From NCBI GenBank assembly GCA_900763515.1, contig CAAFKO010000019.1, positions 1,684 through 65,683 of the forward strand: a DNA stretch of 64,000 nt, in the 5' to 3' direction. Positions 26,736-35,909 of this stretch are shown here, in pieces. Numbering within the stretch: the stretch's first letter is position 1; every line of letters starts with the position of its first letter. A program made the position numbers and the translations under genes. This DNA comes from an uncultured Collinsella sp. Its GTDB lineage: Bacteria > Actinomycetota > Coriobacteriia > Coriobacteriales > Coriobacteriaceae. Below the pieces are notes generated by a model. It did not search any database. It was not told where the DNA came from and saw only the letters and a list, made by a program, of their open reading frames with translations.

Positions 26736-27767
26736 GTGGCAAGGCGCCCTTCCAACGACACGGGTTCGCGTCCGGTTTCCATGGCCGACGTTGCCCGCGC
26801 TGCCGGTGTTTCGCAGCAGACGGTTTCGCGCGTTGCCAACGGGCTGCCCAACGTGAACGAGCAGACGCGTCAGCGCGTGCAGGCCGCTATGCAAGAGCTC
26901 GGCTTTCGTCCGAGCTATGCCGGTCGTTCGCTGCGCGATGGCCGCTACCATTCGGTCGGCCTGTGCGTCAACGATGTCACCAAGTTCGGCAATCTGACGA
27001 TGATCGATGGCATTGCCAGTGCGGCTCGCGAGCACGGGTGCGCCATCACGTTGGTCGAGATGTCCAAGACCGAGGAGTTTTCACTTGCCGAGGCCACGCG
27101 TCGTATGGCAGCGCTGCCGGTGGATGGCATCATCATCGGCATGAGCCGACTGGCGCCCGACTTTGAGACGTTTGAGCCTCTGCCGGGTATCGGCACGGTC
27201 ATCGTCACCATGTATGCTCACCCGCGGGTAACCACGGTCGACTCTGACCACTATGGCTGCTCTCTATTGCTTATGGATCATCTGTTTGAGCTGGGTCACG
27301 AGCAAATTCGCTTTATCGGCGGTCCGTCCTTCTCGGTCGACGAACAGTTCCGCCGGGCTGGTTGGAGAGATTCTCTCGAGCGCAGGCATATCAAAATGGC
27401 CGAACCACTCGAAGGCGATTGGTCTGCCAACAGCGGTTACGAGGCCGGCAGATATCTGGCCGAGCACGACCGTACGATGACGGCAATCTACGCGGCAAAC
27501 GACCAGATGGCAAATGGCGCAATTGCAGCGCTGCGCGATAGCGGCTTGCGCGTGCCCGAGGACGTGAGCGTGGTGGGTGTCGACGATTCGCTCGACGACT
27601 TTGTCGCGCACAACGAGCTCACGACCGTGCGATTCGATCTACATCAGCGTGGACGTGAGGTGTTCGAGCACGCGGTTCCCGAGGCGGGTACGGCGGGCAA
27701 AACCGTCGCCATTCGTATTCCCGGCCAGCTTATTATTCGACATAGTACGGCGGCACCGCGCGTATAG
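26736..27767 (+). CDS. LacI-family regulator, GalR-like by context
   Basis: GTG start. HTH is VSMADVARAAGVSQQTVSRVANG. It is divergent from galM-galKT and upstream of the mgl operon. Confidence 0.82.
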   Translation: MARRPSNDTGSRPVSMADVARAAGVSQQTVSRVANGLPNVNEQTRQRVQAAMQELGFRPSYAGRSLRDGRYHSVGLCVNDVTKFGNLTMIDGIASAAREHGCAITLVEMSKTEEFSLAEATRRMAALPVDGIIIGMSRLAPDFETFEPLPGIGTVIVTMYAHPRVTTVDSDHYGCSLLLMDHLFELGHEQIRFIGGPSFSVDEQFRRAGWRDSLERRHIKMAEPLEGDWSANSGYEAGRYLAEHDRTMTAIYAANDQMANGAIAALRDSGLRVPEDVSVVGVDDSLDDFVAHNELTTVRFDLHQRGREVFEHAVPEAGTAGKTVAIRIPGQLIIRHSTAAPRV

Positions 27768-27896
27768 TTTGCGCAGGTAAACGGCGGTATATTTCGCCTC
27801 AATAACAATCGGTAAGGATGCCGACGGATAGCCGTGGCTATGAAGGTGAGTGTTATGATAGACGGGTTCTTTTGTCTATCTAGGAGGCTTTGCCTG

Positions 27897-29057
27897 ATGG
27901 AGATCACCAAGGATATCCGCTACATCGGTGTCGACGATCACGACATTGACCTGTTCGAGGGCCAGTACGATGTGTCCGAGAACGGTATGGCATACAACAG
28001 CTACGTTATCTTGGGCGAAAAGATCGCTGTCGCCGATTCCGTCGACGGCGGTTTTGTTGACGAGTGGCTCGGCAACCTCGAGGCCGTGCTCAATGGCCGT
28101 ACGCCCGACTACCTGATCGTCCATCACATGGAGCCCGATCACTCCGCCGGCATCGCCGCCTTTATGGAGCGCTATCCCCAGGCACAGATTGTGGCCAGCA
28201 TGGGCGCCTTCCGCATGATGGTCAACTACTTTGGCACCGACTACCCCGAGCGCAAGATGGTCGTCAAAGAGGGCGACGTGCTCGACCTGGGTGGCCACAG
28301 CCTGACCTTTATCGGCGCCCCCAACGTTCACTGGCCCGAGGTGATCTTCTCCTACGAGTCCACCGACAAGGTGCTCTTTAGTGCCGACGGCTTTGGCAAG
28401 TTTGGCGCTAACGATATTGAGGATCCGGAAGGGTGGGCTTGCGAGGCTCGCCGCTACTACTTTGGCATCGTCGGTAAGTTCGGTAAGTTCGTGCAGGCCG
28501 TCCTCAAGAAGGCCGCCGACCTGGACATCCAGACCATCTGCCCGCTCCATGGTCCTGTTCTTACCGAGAACCTGGGCTACTATCTCGACACCTATAACAC
28601 CTGGTCGAGCTATCAGCCCGAGGACGAGGGCGTCACCATTGCCTACGCGAGCGTCTACGGCCACCTGAAGGCCGCCGTCGAGGAGCTCGCCGCAGCGCTT
28701 GAGGCTCGCGGCCAGAAGGTCTCTGTCTTTGACCTGGCTCGCGACGATATGGCCGAGGCCGTTGAGGACGCGTTCCGCTACGACCGTCTGGTGCTCGCCT
28801 CCATTACCTATCAGGGCGAGATCTTCCCGTTCATGAGCACCTTTATCCATACGCTCGCCGAGCATGCCTACCAGAACCGCACCGTGGCGCTCGTCGAGTC
28901 CGGTTCCTGGGCGCCTGCGGCTGCCAAGGTTATGACCAAGGAGCTCGAGGGTATGAAGGACATCACCCTGACGCAGAACAAGGTGACTGTGCTGGGCTCG
29001 CTCAACGACGCCTCGCGCGCCCAGATCGAGGCCCTCGCCGACGAGCTTTCCAAGTAG
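27897..29057 (+). CDS. FprA-family flavodiiron protein (metallo-beta-lactamase fold plus flavodoxin domain)
   Basis: Start MEITKDIRYIGV has AGGAGG upstream (the ORF is open from 27834). The diiron motif is HHMEPDHSAG, and the C-terminal domain is flavodoxin-like. Confidence 0.85.
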   Translation: MEITKDIRYIGVDDHDIDLFEGQYDVSENGMAYNSYVILGEKIAVADSVDGGFVDEWLGNLEAVLNGRTPDYLIVHHMEPDHSAGIAAFMERYPQAQIVASMGAFRMMVNYFGTDYPERKMVVKEGDVLDLGGHSLTFIGAPNVHWPEVIFSYESTDKVLFSADGFGKFGANDIEDPEGWACEARRYYFGIVGKFGKFVQAVLKKAADLDIQTICPLHGPVLTENLGYYLDTYNTWSSYQPEDEGVTIAYASVYGHLKAAVEELAAALEARGQKVSVFDLARDDMAEAVEDAFRYDRLVLASITYQGEIFPFMSTFIHTLAEHAYQNRTVALVESGSWAPAAAKVMTKELEGMKDITLTQNKVTVLGSLNDASRAQIEALADELSK

Positions 29058-29089
29058 CGACACGTTCACTTTTGACGCTCAACCATCAC

Positions 29090-29133
29090 AACCACCACAA
29101 AGGGGACAGGCACCTTTGTGGTGGTTTTTGTTT
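29090..29133 (+). terminator. Terminator hairpin with GGACAGGCA loop (copy A)
   Basis: 13-bp perfect stem ACCACCACAAAGG/CCTTTGTGGTGGT, loop GGACAGGCA, then TTTTGTTT. It is identical to the copy at 34729-34773. Confidence 0.8.
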
Positions 29134-29305
29134 AGGGGCAAATGCCGATGATAAAACGATTGACCATGTCGTTACCTGCGGCGATGGCAGAGTATTTATC
29201 TAAAAGCACCCCCATTTACCTCGCATTATTTCAAAAAGCGGCATACCGTTCGCGCGCCCGTATCGACGTCTTTGATAAAACTCTGGATAGTTTTTATTCC
29301 TCAGG

Positions 29306-29321
29306 CTGTTAACGTACTCAT
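29306..29321. promoter_or_regulatory. GalR-type operator upstream of mglB
   Basis: CTGTTAACGTACTCAT. Confidence 0.65.
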
Positions 29322-29382
29322 TAACGACTCGTCCTTGCTGTTGCGCTATGGCAGGGAGTAAGAGCCCGCCGAGGGGCAAAGG

Positions 29383-29398
29383 ATGTTAGCGCAAACAT
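29383..29398. promoter_or_regulatory. Second LacI-type palindrome upstream of mglB
   Basis: ATGTTAGCGCAAACAT, with the variant centre GCGC. Confidence 0.55.
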
Positions 29399-29469
29399 CT
29401 AACATCCCCCGGCGCTCGTTTTGGTAGTTAAAGCGCATTAAGGGATGCGCTAAGAAAGGGGAATTCCTC

Positions 29470-30771
29470 ATGGCACTTTCTCGTCGTCAGTTCCTTCAGG
29501 CTTGCGGCCTCGGCGTGATGAGCGTCGCTACTGCCGGCTCCCTCGTGGGCTGCGGTGGCTCCGGTAGCGATGGCGGTTCTGCCGCCGCCGGCGGAAGCTC
29601 GAACGCCACGAAGCCGGTCGTTTTCTACAACCGCCAGCCTTCTAACTCTTCCACGGGTGAGCTGGATATGACCACGCTCAAGTGGAACGATGACACCTAC
29701 TACGTCGGCTTTGACGCCAAGCAGGGCGGCGAGCTCGAGGGCCAGATGGTCGTCGAGTACATCAAGGCCCATGCAGCTGACATCGACCGCAACGGTGACG
29801 GCGTCATTGGCTACGTCCTCGCCATCGGTGACGTGGGACACAACGACTCCATCGCTCGTACCCGTGGCTGCCGTAAGGCCCTGGGCACCGCTGTCGAGAA
29901 GGACGGCCAGATCATTTCTGACCCCGTCGGCACCAACACGGACGGCAAGTCCGACAAGGTCAAGGACGGCGAGATCGAGGTCGACGGCAAGAAGTTCAAG
30001 ATCCGTGAGCTCGCCAGCCAGGAGATGAAGACCTCCGCCGGCGCCACTTGGGACGCTCCGACCGCCGGTAACGCTCTGTCCGGCACCTGGGCTTCCGCTT
30101 TCGGCGAGCAGATTGATATCGTTGTCTCCAACAACGACGGCATGGGCATGTCCATGTACTCCAACTGGGCCAAGGAGAACAAGGTCCCCGTCTTTGGTTA
30201 CGACGCCAACTCCGACGCCGTTGCCGCCCTGGGCGACACCGACTTCCCCTATGGTGGCACCATTTCCCAGAACCCCGCTGTCCAGGCTTACCTCACCCTG
30301 CGCCTGCTCCGCAACTCTCTTGACGGCGTCGACGTCAACACCGGTGTGGGCAAGGCTGACGATGCCGGCAACGTCATCGCCGAGGATGACTTCAAGTTTA
30401 GCAAGGACGATCGCTCCTTCTACGCTATGAACCTCGAGGTCACGGCCGACAACTACAAGGACTTCACCGACCCGGCGAACACCCTGTACGAGACGGCTCA
30501 GGCCCAGCTCGACGAGAAGGACAGCCCCAAGAAGAAGGTCTGGCTGAGCATCTACAACTCCGCCGACAACTTCCTGGGCTCCACCTACAAGCCGCTGCTC
30601 GAGAATTATGCACCGCTGCTCAACCTCGATCTCGAGGTTGTCCAGGGCGACGGCCAGAACGAGTCTTCCATTACCAACAAGCTTGGTAACCCGGCTGACT
30701 TTGATGCCTTTGCCATCAACATGGTGAAGACCGACAACGGCGCTTCCTACACGTCGATTCTTGGCCAGTAG
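29470..30771 (+). CDS. mglB: Galactose/glucose ABC transporter substrate-binding lipoprotein (MglB-like)
   Basis: Tat-like SRRQFLQ plus the lipobox LVGC. Blocks YYVGFDAKQGG, NGDGVIGYVL and VVSNNDGMGM..VPVFGYDA parallel E. coli MglB. Confidence 0.85.
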   Translation: MALSRRQFLQACGLGVMSVATAGSLVGCGGSGSDGGSAAAGGSSNATKPVVFYNRQPSNSSTGELDMTTLKWNDDTYYVGFDAKQGGELEGQMVVEYIKAHAADIDRNGDGVIGYVLAIGDVGHNDSIARTRGCRKALGTAVEKDGQIISDPVGTNTDGKSDKVKDGEIEVDGKKFKIRELASQEMKTSAGATWDAPTAGNALSGTWASAFGEQIDIVVSNNDGMGMSMYSNWAKENKVPVFGYDANSDAVAALGDTDFPYGGTISQNPAVQAYLTLRLLRNSLDGVDVNTGVGKADDAGNVIAEDDFKFSKDDRSFYAMNLEVTADNYKDFTDPANTLYETAQAQLDEKDSPKKKVWLSIYNSADNFLGSTYKPLLENYAPLLNLDLEVVQGDGQNESSITNKLGNPADFDAFAINMVKTDNGASYTSILGQ

Positions 30772-30806
30772 GCCGTGATTGCTCACAGGAGCATGTAGGC
30801 ATGTTG

Positions 30807-30843
30807 GCAAGGGGGATCAGGAGACTGCTCCCCCTTGCTTTTC
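30807..30843 (+). terminator. Intercistronic hairpin between mglB and mglA
   Basis: The stem GCAAGGGGGA/TCCCCCTTGC is followed by TTTT. Confidence 0.6.
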
Positions 30844-30850
30844 AGAGACC

Positions 30851-30866
30851 ATGAGTACGTAAACAT
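30851..30866. promoter_or_regulatory. GalR-type operator between mglB and mglA
   Basis: ATGAGTACGTAAACAT, identical to the galK site, nested in the inverted repeat GAGACCAT...ATGGTCTC. Confidence 0.6.
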
Positions 30867-30960
30867 TTCGTAATGGTCTCATATCAGGACGTTCTCCCTA
30901 TCGTAGCTGCGCAAATAAGGTTGCACAGGGAGGACATCGAGGGAAACGAGGGGTGAATAC

Positions 30961-32466
30961 ATGTCAGACAAGCAAGACGACATCGTCCTGTCGATTCGAG
31001 GGATGAGCAAGACGTTCGGGCGCAACCGAGTTCTCGACCACATCGACCTCGACGTCCGCCGCGGCACCGTCATGGGCCTGATGGGTGAGAACGGCGCAGG
31101 CAAGTCCACGATGATGAAATGCCTGTTCGGCACTTATCAAAAGGACGAGGGTTCGATTTTCCTCGATGGCAAGGAGGTGAGTTTCTCCGGTCCTAAGGAT
31201 GCTCTTGAAAACGGCATCGCCATGGTCCACCAGGAGCTCAACCAGTGCCTCGAGCGCAATGTGGTCGATAACTTGTTCTTGGGCCGCTATCCGGTTAAGG
31301 GCGGCGTGATCGACGAGGCGCGCATGCGCAAAGAGGCTTCGGACCTGTTCCGTCGTCTGGGCATGACCGTCAACCTGACCCAGCCCATGAAAAACATGAG
31401 CGTCTCTCAGCGCCAGATGGTCGAGATCGCCAAGGCTATGTCCTATAACGCCAAGGTTATCGTTTTGGACGAGCCCACAAGTTCGCTGATGGCGCAAGAA
31501 GTCGATAAGCTGTTCGAGATGATGCGTAAGCTCAAGGAACAGGGCATCGCTCTGATCTACATCTCGCACAAAATGGACGAGATCTTCGAGATCTGCGACG
31601 ACGTGTCGGTTCTGCGCGACGGTAATCTGGTTATGACCAAGCGCACGAGTGACACCAACATGAACGAGCTCGTGAGCGCCATGGTCGGCCGCTCGCTGGA
31701 CAACCGTTTCCCGCCCGTGGATAACATTCCCGGCGACAACGTCCTTTCGGTGCAGCACCTGTCCACGAAGTTCGATCCGCACCTGGTGGACATCACTTTC
31801 GACGTGCGCAAGGGCGAGATCTTTGGTCTGTATGGCCTGGTCGGCGCCGGCCGTACCGAGCTGCTCGAGACGATTTTTGGCATTCGCACCCGTGCTGCAG
31901 GCCGTGTGTACTTCCGTGACCGTCTGATGAACTTCTCCTCGGCGCGCGACGCCATGGAGCACGGTTTTGCTCTGATTACCGAGGAACGCAAGGCAAACGG
32001 CCTGTTCCTGAAGGGCGATCTGACGTTTAACACCACCATCGCCAACCTTGATCAGTACAAGAGTGGCCCCGCGTTGTCCAACGACAAGATGGTTCGCGCG
32101 ACGAACAAAGAGATCAAGACCATGCATACCAAGTGCATGGGCCCCGATGATCTGATTTCGAGCCTTTCTGGCGGTAACCAGCAAAAGGTCATTTTTGGTA
32201 AGTGGCTTGAGCGCTATCCGCAGGTGTTCCTGATGGACGAGCCCACCCGTGGTATCGATGTTGGCGCTAAGTACGAGATTTACCAGCTCATCATCGACAT
32301 GGCAAAGAAGGGCACTACGGTGATCGTGGTTTCCTCCGAGATGCCCGAGATTCTCGGCATCACCAACCGCATCGGCGTCATGTCGAACGGGCACCTTTCG
32401 GGCATCGTCAACACCAAGGAGACGAACCAGGAAGAGCTGCTCCGTCTGAGCGCCAAGTATCTGTAG
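30961..32466 (+). CDS. mglA: Galactose/methyl-galactoside ABC importer ATPase (two fused NBDs)
   Basis: 501 aa. ENGAGKSTMMKCLFGTYQKDEGSI...ALENGIAMVHQELN is nearly collinear with E. coli MglA. Confidence 0.9.
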   Translation: MSDKQDDIVLSIRGMSKTFGRNRVLDHIDLDVRRGTVMGLMGENGAGKSTMMKCLFGTYQKDEGSIFLDGKEVSFSGPKDALENGIAMVHQELNQCLERNVVDNLFLGRYPVKGGVIDEARMRKEASDLFRRLGMTVNLTQPMKNMSVSQRQMVEIAKAMSYNAKVIVLDEPTSSLMAQEVDKLFEMMRKLKEQGIALIYISHKMDEIFEICDDVSVLRDGNLVMTKRTSDTNMNELVSAMVGRSLDNRFPPVDNIPGDNVLSVQHLSTKFDPHLVDITFDVRKGEIFGLYGLVGAGRTELLETIFGIRTRAAGRVYFRDRLMNFSSARDAMEHGFALITEERKANGLFLKGDLTFNTTIANLDQYKSGPALSNDKMVRATNKEIKTMHTKCMGPDDLISSLSGGNQQKVIFGKWLERYPQVFLMDEPTRGIDVGAKYEIYQLIIDMAKKGTTVIVVSSEMPEILGITNRIGVMSNGHLSGIVNTKETNQEELLRLSAKYL

Positions 32467-32475
32467 ACGAAGGGG

Positions 32476-34140
32476 ATGGAACACATGCCTACCGTATCCG
32501 GTAAGATTCTGTCGGTCGATGAGGAGACGAAGCTTCTCCAGCCGATCGACAGCTATGTAAACGAGATTCAGAAGAAGGTCGACGCCCTGCGCGCCGACGG
32601 TACCACGCGTGTCGTCGAGCTGCAGAGCAACATTGATGCCGCCAAGAGTGATCGCGTGCTTACCAAAGCAGAGCGCGATGAGGCCATCGATGGCTTTAAG
32701 GCTCAGATGGAGCAGGCTAAGAAGGTCGAGGCCCAGAACAAGGGCCAGATTGACAAGCTTATTGCCGACGCCGAGAACTACCTGAAGGCCCACTATGAGG
32801 CTGAGTACCTTGCTCCCGTCAAGGCCAGCTGCGCTGCCGAGCGCGAGGCTGCCAAGGCTGCCTACCAAAAGCAGCTTGCCCAGCTCGAGAAGGAGCACCA
32901 GGAGGGCATTGCCGGCATCACCGACCAGGCCGAGATTAAAGAAGAGAAGTACGTCTATAAGAACAAGCAGTTCGACGCTAAGGTGACCTATCAGCAGGAG
33001 CTGCAGCAGATCAAGGATCGCGAGCACGAGGCCTTCGCCTATCGTTACCACCTGATCGACTTGCTGCGCATCGGCAAGTTCACCTTTGCCGAGAATATGG
33101 CTCAGCGCTGGGAGAACTACAAGTACACGTTCAATACGCGTACGTTTTTGCTCAACAACGGTCTGTATATCGCCATTGCGCTGGTTTTCATCGCCCTGTG
33201 CGCTATCACGCCGGTTGTTAAGGGCACGCAGCTGCTCACGACTCAGAACGTGCTGAACATTTTCCAGCAGGCTTCGCCCCGTATGTTCTTGGCACTTGGC
33301 GTCGCCGGTCTGATTCTCCAGACTGGTACCGACCTGTCGATTGGCCGTATGGTCGGTATGAGTATGGTGGCGTCTACCATCATCATGCACGCCGGTCCAA
33401 ATACCGGTACGGTCTTTGGTATCGCCTTCGACTTCTCGACCATGCCTCTCGTTGGCCAGATTATCCTGGCGCTTGTCGTCTGCGTTGTTCTGTGCACCGC
33501 ATTTTCCGCCATCGCCGGCTTCTTTACCGCTAAATTCAAGATGCACTGGTTCATCTCGACGATGGCCAACATGCTCATCATCTTTGGTCTCGTCACCTAT
33601 GCCACCAAGGGCGTTTCCTTCGGCTCGATCAATCCTTTGATTCCCGCCATGGTCACCCCGCGTATCGGCGGCTTCCCGACGATCATCCTGTGGGCCGTCG
33701 CTGCCATCGTGGTCGTGTGGTTCATCTGGAACAAAACCACCTTTGGTAAGAACATGTTCGCCGTTGGCGGCAACCCCGAGGCTGCTTCCGTCTCTGGCAT
33801 TAACGTCTTCGCCGTCTCCATCGGCGCCTTCATCCTCGCAGGCATCCTGTATGGCTTTGGCTCTTGGCTCGAGTGCATCCGCATGGTCGGTTCCGGCTCT
33901 GCTGCTTACGGCCAGGGCTGGGAGATGGACGCTATCGCCGCGTGCGTTGTCGGTGGCGTTTCCTTCACCGGCGGTATCGGTAAGATTTCCGGCGTCACCG
34001 TTGGCGTACTGATCTTCACCGCTCTTACCTATGCACTGACCATTCTGGGTATCGACACCAACCTGCAGTTCGTGTTCTCCGGCCTGATCATCCTCGTCGC
34101 CGTTACGCTCGACTGCCTCAAGTACGTCCAGAAGAAATAG
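32476..34140 (+). CDS. mglC: Galactoside ABC importer permease (MglC-like) with about 215-aa hydrophilic N-terminal extension
   Basis: The C-terminal 330 aa match MglC (GTDLSIGR, GKNMFAVGGNPEAASVSGIN, MDAIAACVVGGVSFTGG, LDCLKYVQKK). Residues 1-215 are coiled-coil-like (K/E/A/Q rich) with normal GC3 codon usage. Confidence 0.85.
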   Translation: MEHMPTVSGKILSVDEETKLLQPIDSYVNEIQKKVDALRADGTTRVVELQSNIDAAKSDRVLTKAERDEAIDGFKAQMEQAKKVEAQNKGQIDKLIADAENYLKAHYEAEYLAPVKASCAAEREAAKAAYQKQLAQLEKEHQEGIAGITDQAEIKEEKYVYKNKQFDAKVTYQQELQQIKDREHEAFAYRYHLIDLLRIGKFTFAENMAQRWENYKYTFNTRTFLLNNGLYIAIALVFIALCAITPVVKGTQLLTTQNVLNIFQQASPRMFLALGVAGLILQTGTDLSIGRMVGMSMVASTIIMHAGPNTGTVFGIAFDFSTMPLVGQIILALVVCVVLCTAFSAIAGFFTAKFKMHWFISTMANMLIIFGLVTYATKGVSFGSINPLIPAMVTPRIGGFPTIILWAVAAIVVVWFIWNKTTFGKNMFAVGGNPEAASVSGINVFAVSIGAFILAGILYGFGSWLECIRMVGSGSAAYGQGWEMDAIAACVVGGVSFTGGIGKISGVTVGVLIFTALTYALTILGIDTNLQFVFSGLIILVAVTLDCLKYVQKK

Positions 34141-34169
34141 CGATCTTCGCATCTCCGCGTGGTACAAAA

Positions 34170-34205
34170 GGGGAGCCGGCTGCCATCCTCCGGCTCCCTT
34201 TTTTA
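34170..34205 (+). terminator. Rho-independent terminator after mglC
   Basis: The stem GGGAGCCGG/CCGGCTCCC is followed by TTTTTT. Confidence 0.8.
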
Positions 34206-34338
34206 AAGGCGTGGAGTGCAGCCTGTAGTTATTTGGAATTGACGAGCGAGGCGTATCACTCGGTCGCTATGCTCGTATTCCAAGTTGATAGCCGTTTTGT
34301 CTTGTGGACAAGATTAAAGAGGAAGGCAGGGTTTCCTT

Positions 34339-34632
34339 ATGAAAAAGGTTCTCGTCTGCTGCAACACCGGTGTGACCACCAGCCTGTTGGTCGCAAAGAT
34401 TAGAGCCGTCGCTGAGGCCCGCGGTCTCGAGATTGAGATTGAGGCTTCACCGATGGCTACCGCTGCGGACCATATTGCCGAAGCCGATGTCGTTTTGCTG
34501 GGACCGCAGGTCGGCTATGCAAAAGAGGCTTTTGAAGAGGCGGGCGCTAAAAACGTTCGCGTTATCACCACTGAGGATTACGCTACGCAGAATGCCGACG
34601 ACATCCTAGACAGCATCGAAGGCGTTCTGTAG
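34339..34632 (+). CDS. Stand-alone PTS EIIB (lactose/cellobiose type)
   Basis: 97 aa. MKKVLVCCNTGVTTSLLV has the phospho-Cys loop. No adjacent EIIC is present. Confidence 0.85.
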   Translation: MKKVLVCCNTGVTTSLLVAKIRAVAEARGLEIEIEASPMATAADHIAEADVVLLGPQVGYAKEAFEEAGAKNVRVITTEDYATQNADDILDSIEGVL

Positions 34633-34675
34633 CCGTCATCCAACCATGGGACGTGCGATACTTCGCGCGTCCAAG

Positions 34676-34718
34676 CCGCCGCGCAGGGAATCTCCTTCAC
34701 CTACGCGGCGGTTTTTTG
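34676..34718 (+). terminator. Rho-independent terminator after EIIB
   Basis: The stem CCGCCGCG/CGCGGCGG is followed by TTTTTTG. Confidence 0.7.
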
Positions 34719-34728
34719 TTGCACCAGA

Positions 34729-34773
34729 AACCACCACAAAGGGGACAGGCACCTTTGTGGTGGTTTTTGTTTT
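34729..34773. terminator. Hairpin with GGACAGGCA loop (copy B), abutting the DeoR stop codon
   Basis: Same 13-bp stem and loop as 29090-29133, then TTTTTGTTTT. It overlaps TAA 34772-34774 of the minus-strand regulator. Confidence 0.75.
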
Positions 34774-35575
34774 AGCTGGTAGCGATGATGAGGCCTGGAC
34801 GTTCGCTGTCAGTGGCCTCGGCGATTGAGGTGGCGACGGCATGATCGGGGTCGCTGTCCATCACGATGGAGTCGACGTCGGTCAGCTCGGCAAAGCGGTA
34901 CATGCCGCGTCCGTTAACCTTGCTGGCGTCCATGAGGGCGACGCTTTGATGGGCCGCGGCAATCATAGCCGTTTTGGTCTCGGCCATCTGGGGAAAGTCG
35001 GTCGTAAAGCCGCAGCTGGGGACAAAGGCGCCGGGGCACATGACGGCCAGATCGGCATGGACCATTTGGAGCGCCTGCATGGTAAGTGGGCCGTACAGAT
35101 AGCGATGGCCTTTGCGCAGCGCCCCGCCCAGCATGACGACATCGACCGAGGGCATGCTTTCGTCGATGTAATCGGCAATGGTAATGTCGGCCGTGATGAC
35201 GGTGATGCCGTCGCGCTGATTGAGGAGTCGGACGAACTCGAGCGCCGTGGTGCCCGAGTCGACGAGCAGCGTGTCGCCGTTATTGACGAGCTCGATGGCG
35301 CTTTGCGCGATAGCCTGCTTGGCGGCGACGTTGACATTGATGCGGCGATCCTGCGTGGAGACGGTCAGGCGTTTGTGGAGCGATACGGCACCACCATGTG
35401 TGCGGCGCAGCTTGCCTGCTTCGGCGAGCGCGTCCAGGTCGGCGCGGGCGGTGACGGAGGACACGCCAAAGGTCTGGGCGATTTCTGCTACCTGCACCGA
35501 GGCATTATGTTCGAGCATTTCCATAATGGCGGTACGGCGTTCGTCGGCAAAAGCACGGTTGGTAGCTTGGGCCAT
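34772..35575 (-). CDS. DeoR-family regulator (LacR-like by context)
   Basis: Start MAQATNRAFADERRTAIMEML has GGAG 5 nt upstream (the ORF is open to 35632). HTH is VQVAEIAQTFGVSSVTARADL. It is divergent from the aldolase gene. Confidence 0.82.
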   Translation of the reverse strand: MAQATNRAFADERRTAIMEMLEHNASVQVAEIAQTFGVSSVTARADLDALAEAGKLRRTHGGAVSLHKRLTVSTQDRRINVNVAAKQAIAQSAIELVNNGDTLLVDSGTTALEFVRLLNQRDGITVITADITIADYIDESMPSVDVVMLGGALRKGHRYLYGPLTMQALQMVHADLAVMCPGAFVPSCGFTTDFPQMAETKTAMIAAAHQSVALMDASKVNGRGMYRFAELTDVDSIVMDSDPDHAVATSIAEATDSERPGLIIATS

Positions 35576-35909
35576 GTTTGCTCCATTCTCGGCTAAATTT
35601 GCAGGAATTGTGTTGACTCTATTTTCGTTCATTTTCTTTTTGAGTAAGAAAACACCTTTCGATTACTTATCTTTTCTATAAAAGAAAGACGCTGAACGCA
35701 CAAAATTCAATATCGAACACGCGCGCTCGGGTTCAACCCCTTCCGTTTACTTTTCAAAAACGACTGTATTGACCTGCGTCGGCTCAATATCTCGCACGTG
35801 CAAGGCCGCTGAATTTCATACAATGAGCGCAGTAAAACGCAAGGTAAAACGCCTTGCGGACACGTACGCCCGATGTCCAGATGCGGGCGAGGGAGAGGAG
35901 CAAACGCTC

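Noticed and set aside
35769-35909. N-terminal extensions suggested by the longest ORFs: aldolase from 35769, FprA from 27834, SDR from 48795, DegV from 53970, KdgT from 49749, lacC from 21322, lacX from 20396, thrC to 61712.
   Set aside because: The extensions lack homology to the respective families and lack RBSs. The internal ATGs coincide with canonical family N-termini and have AGGAG-type SD sequences 5-10 nt upstream.
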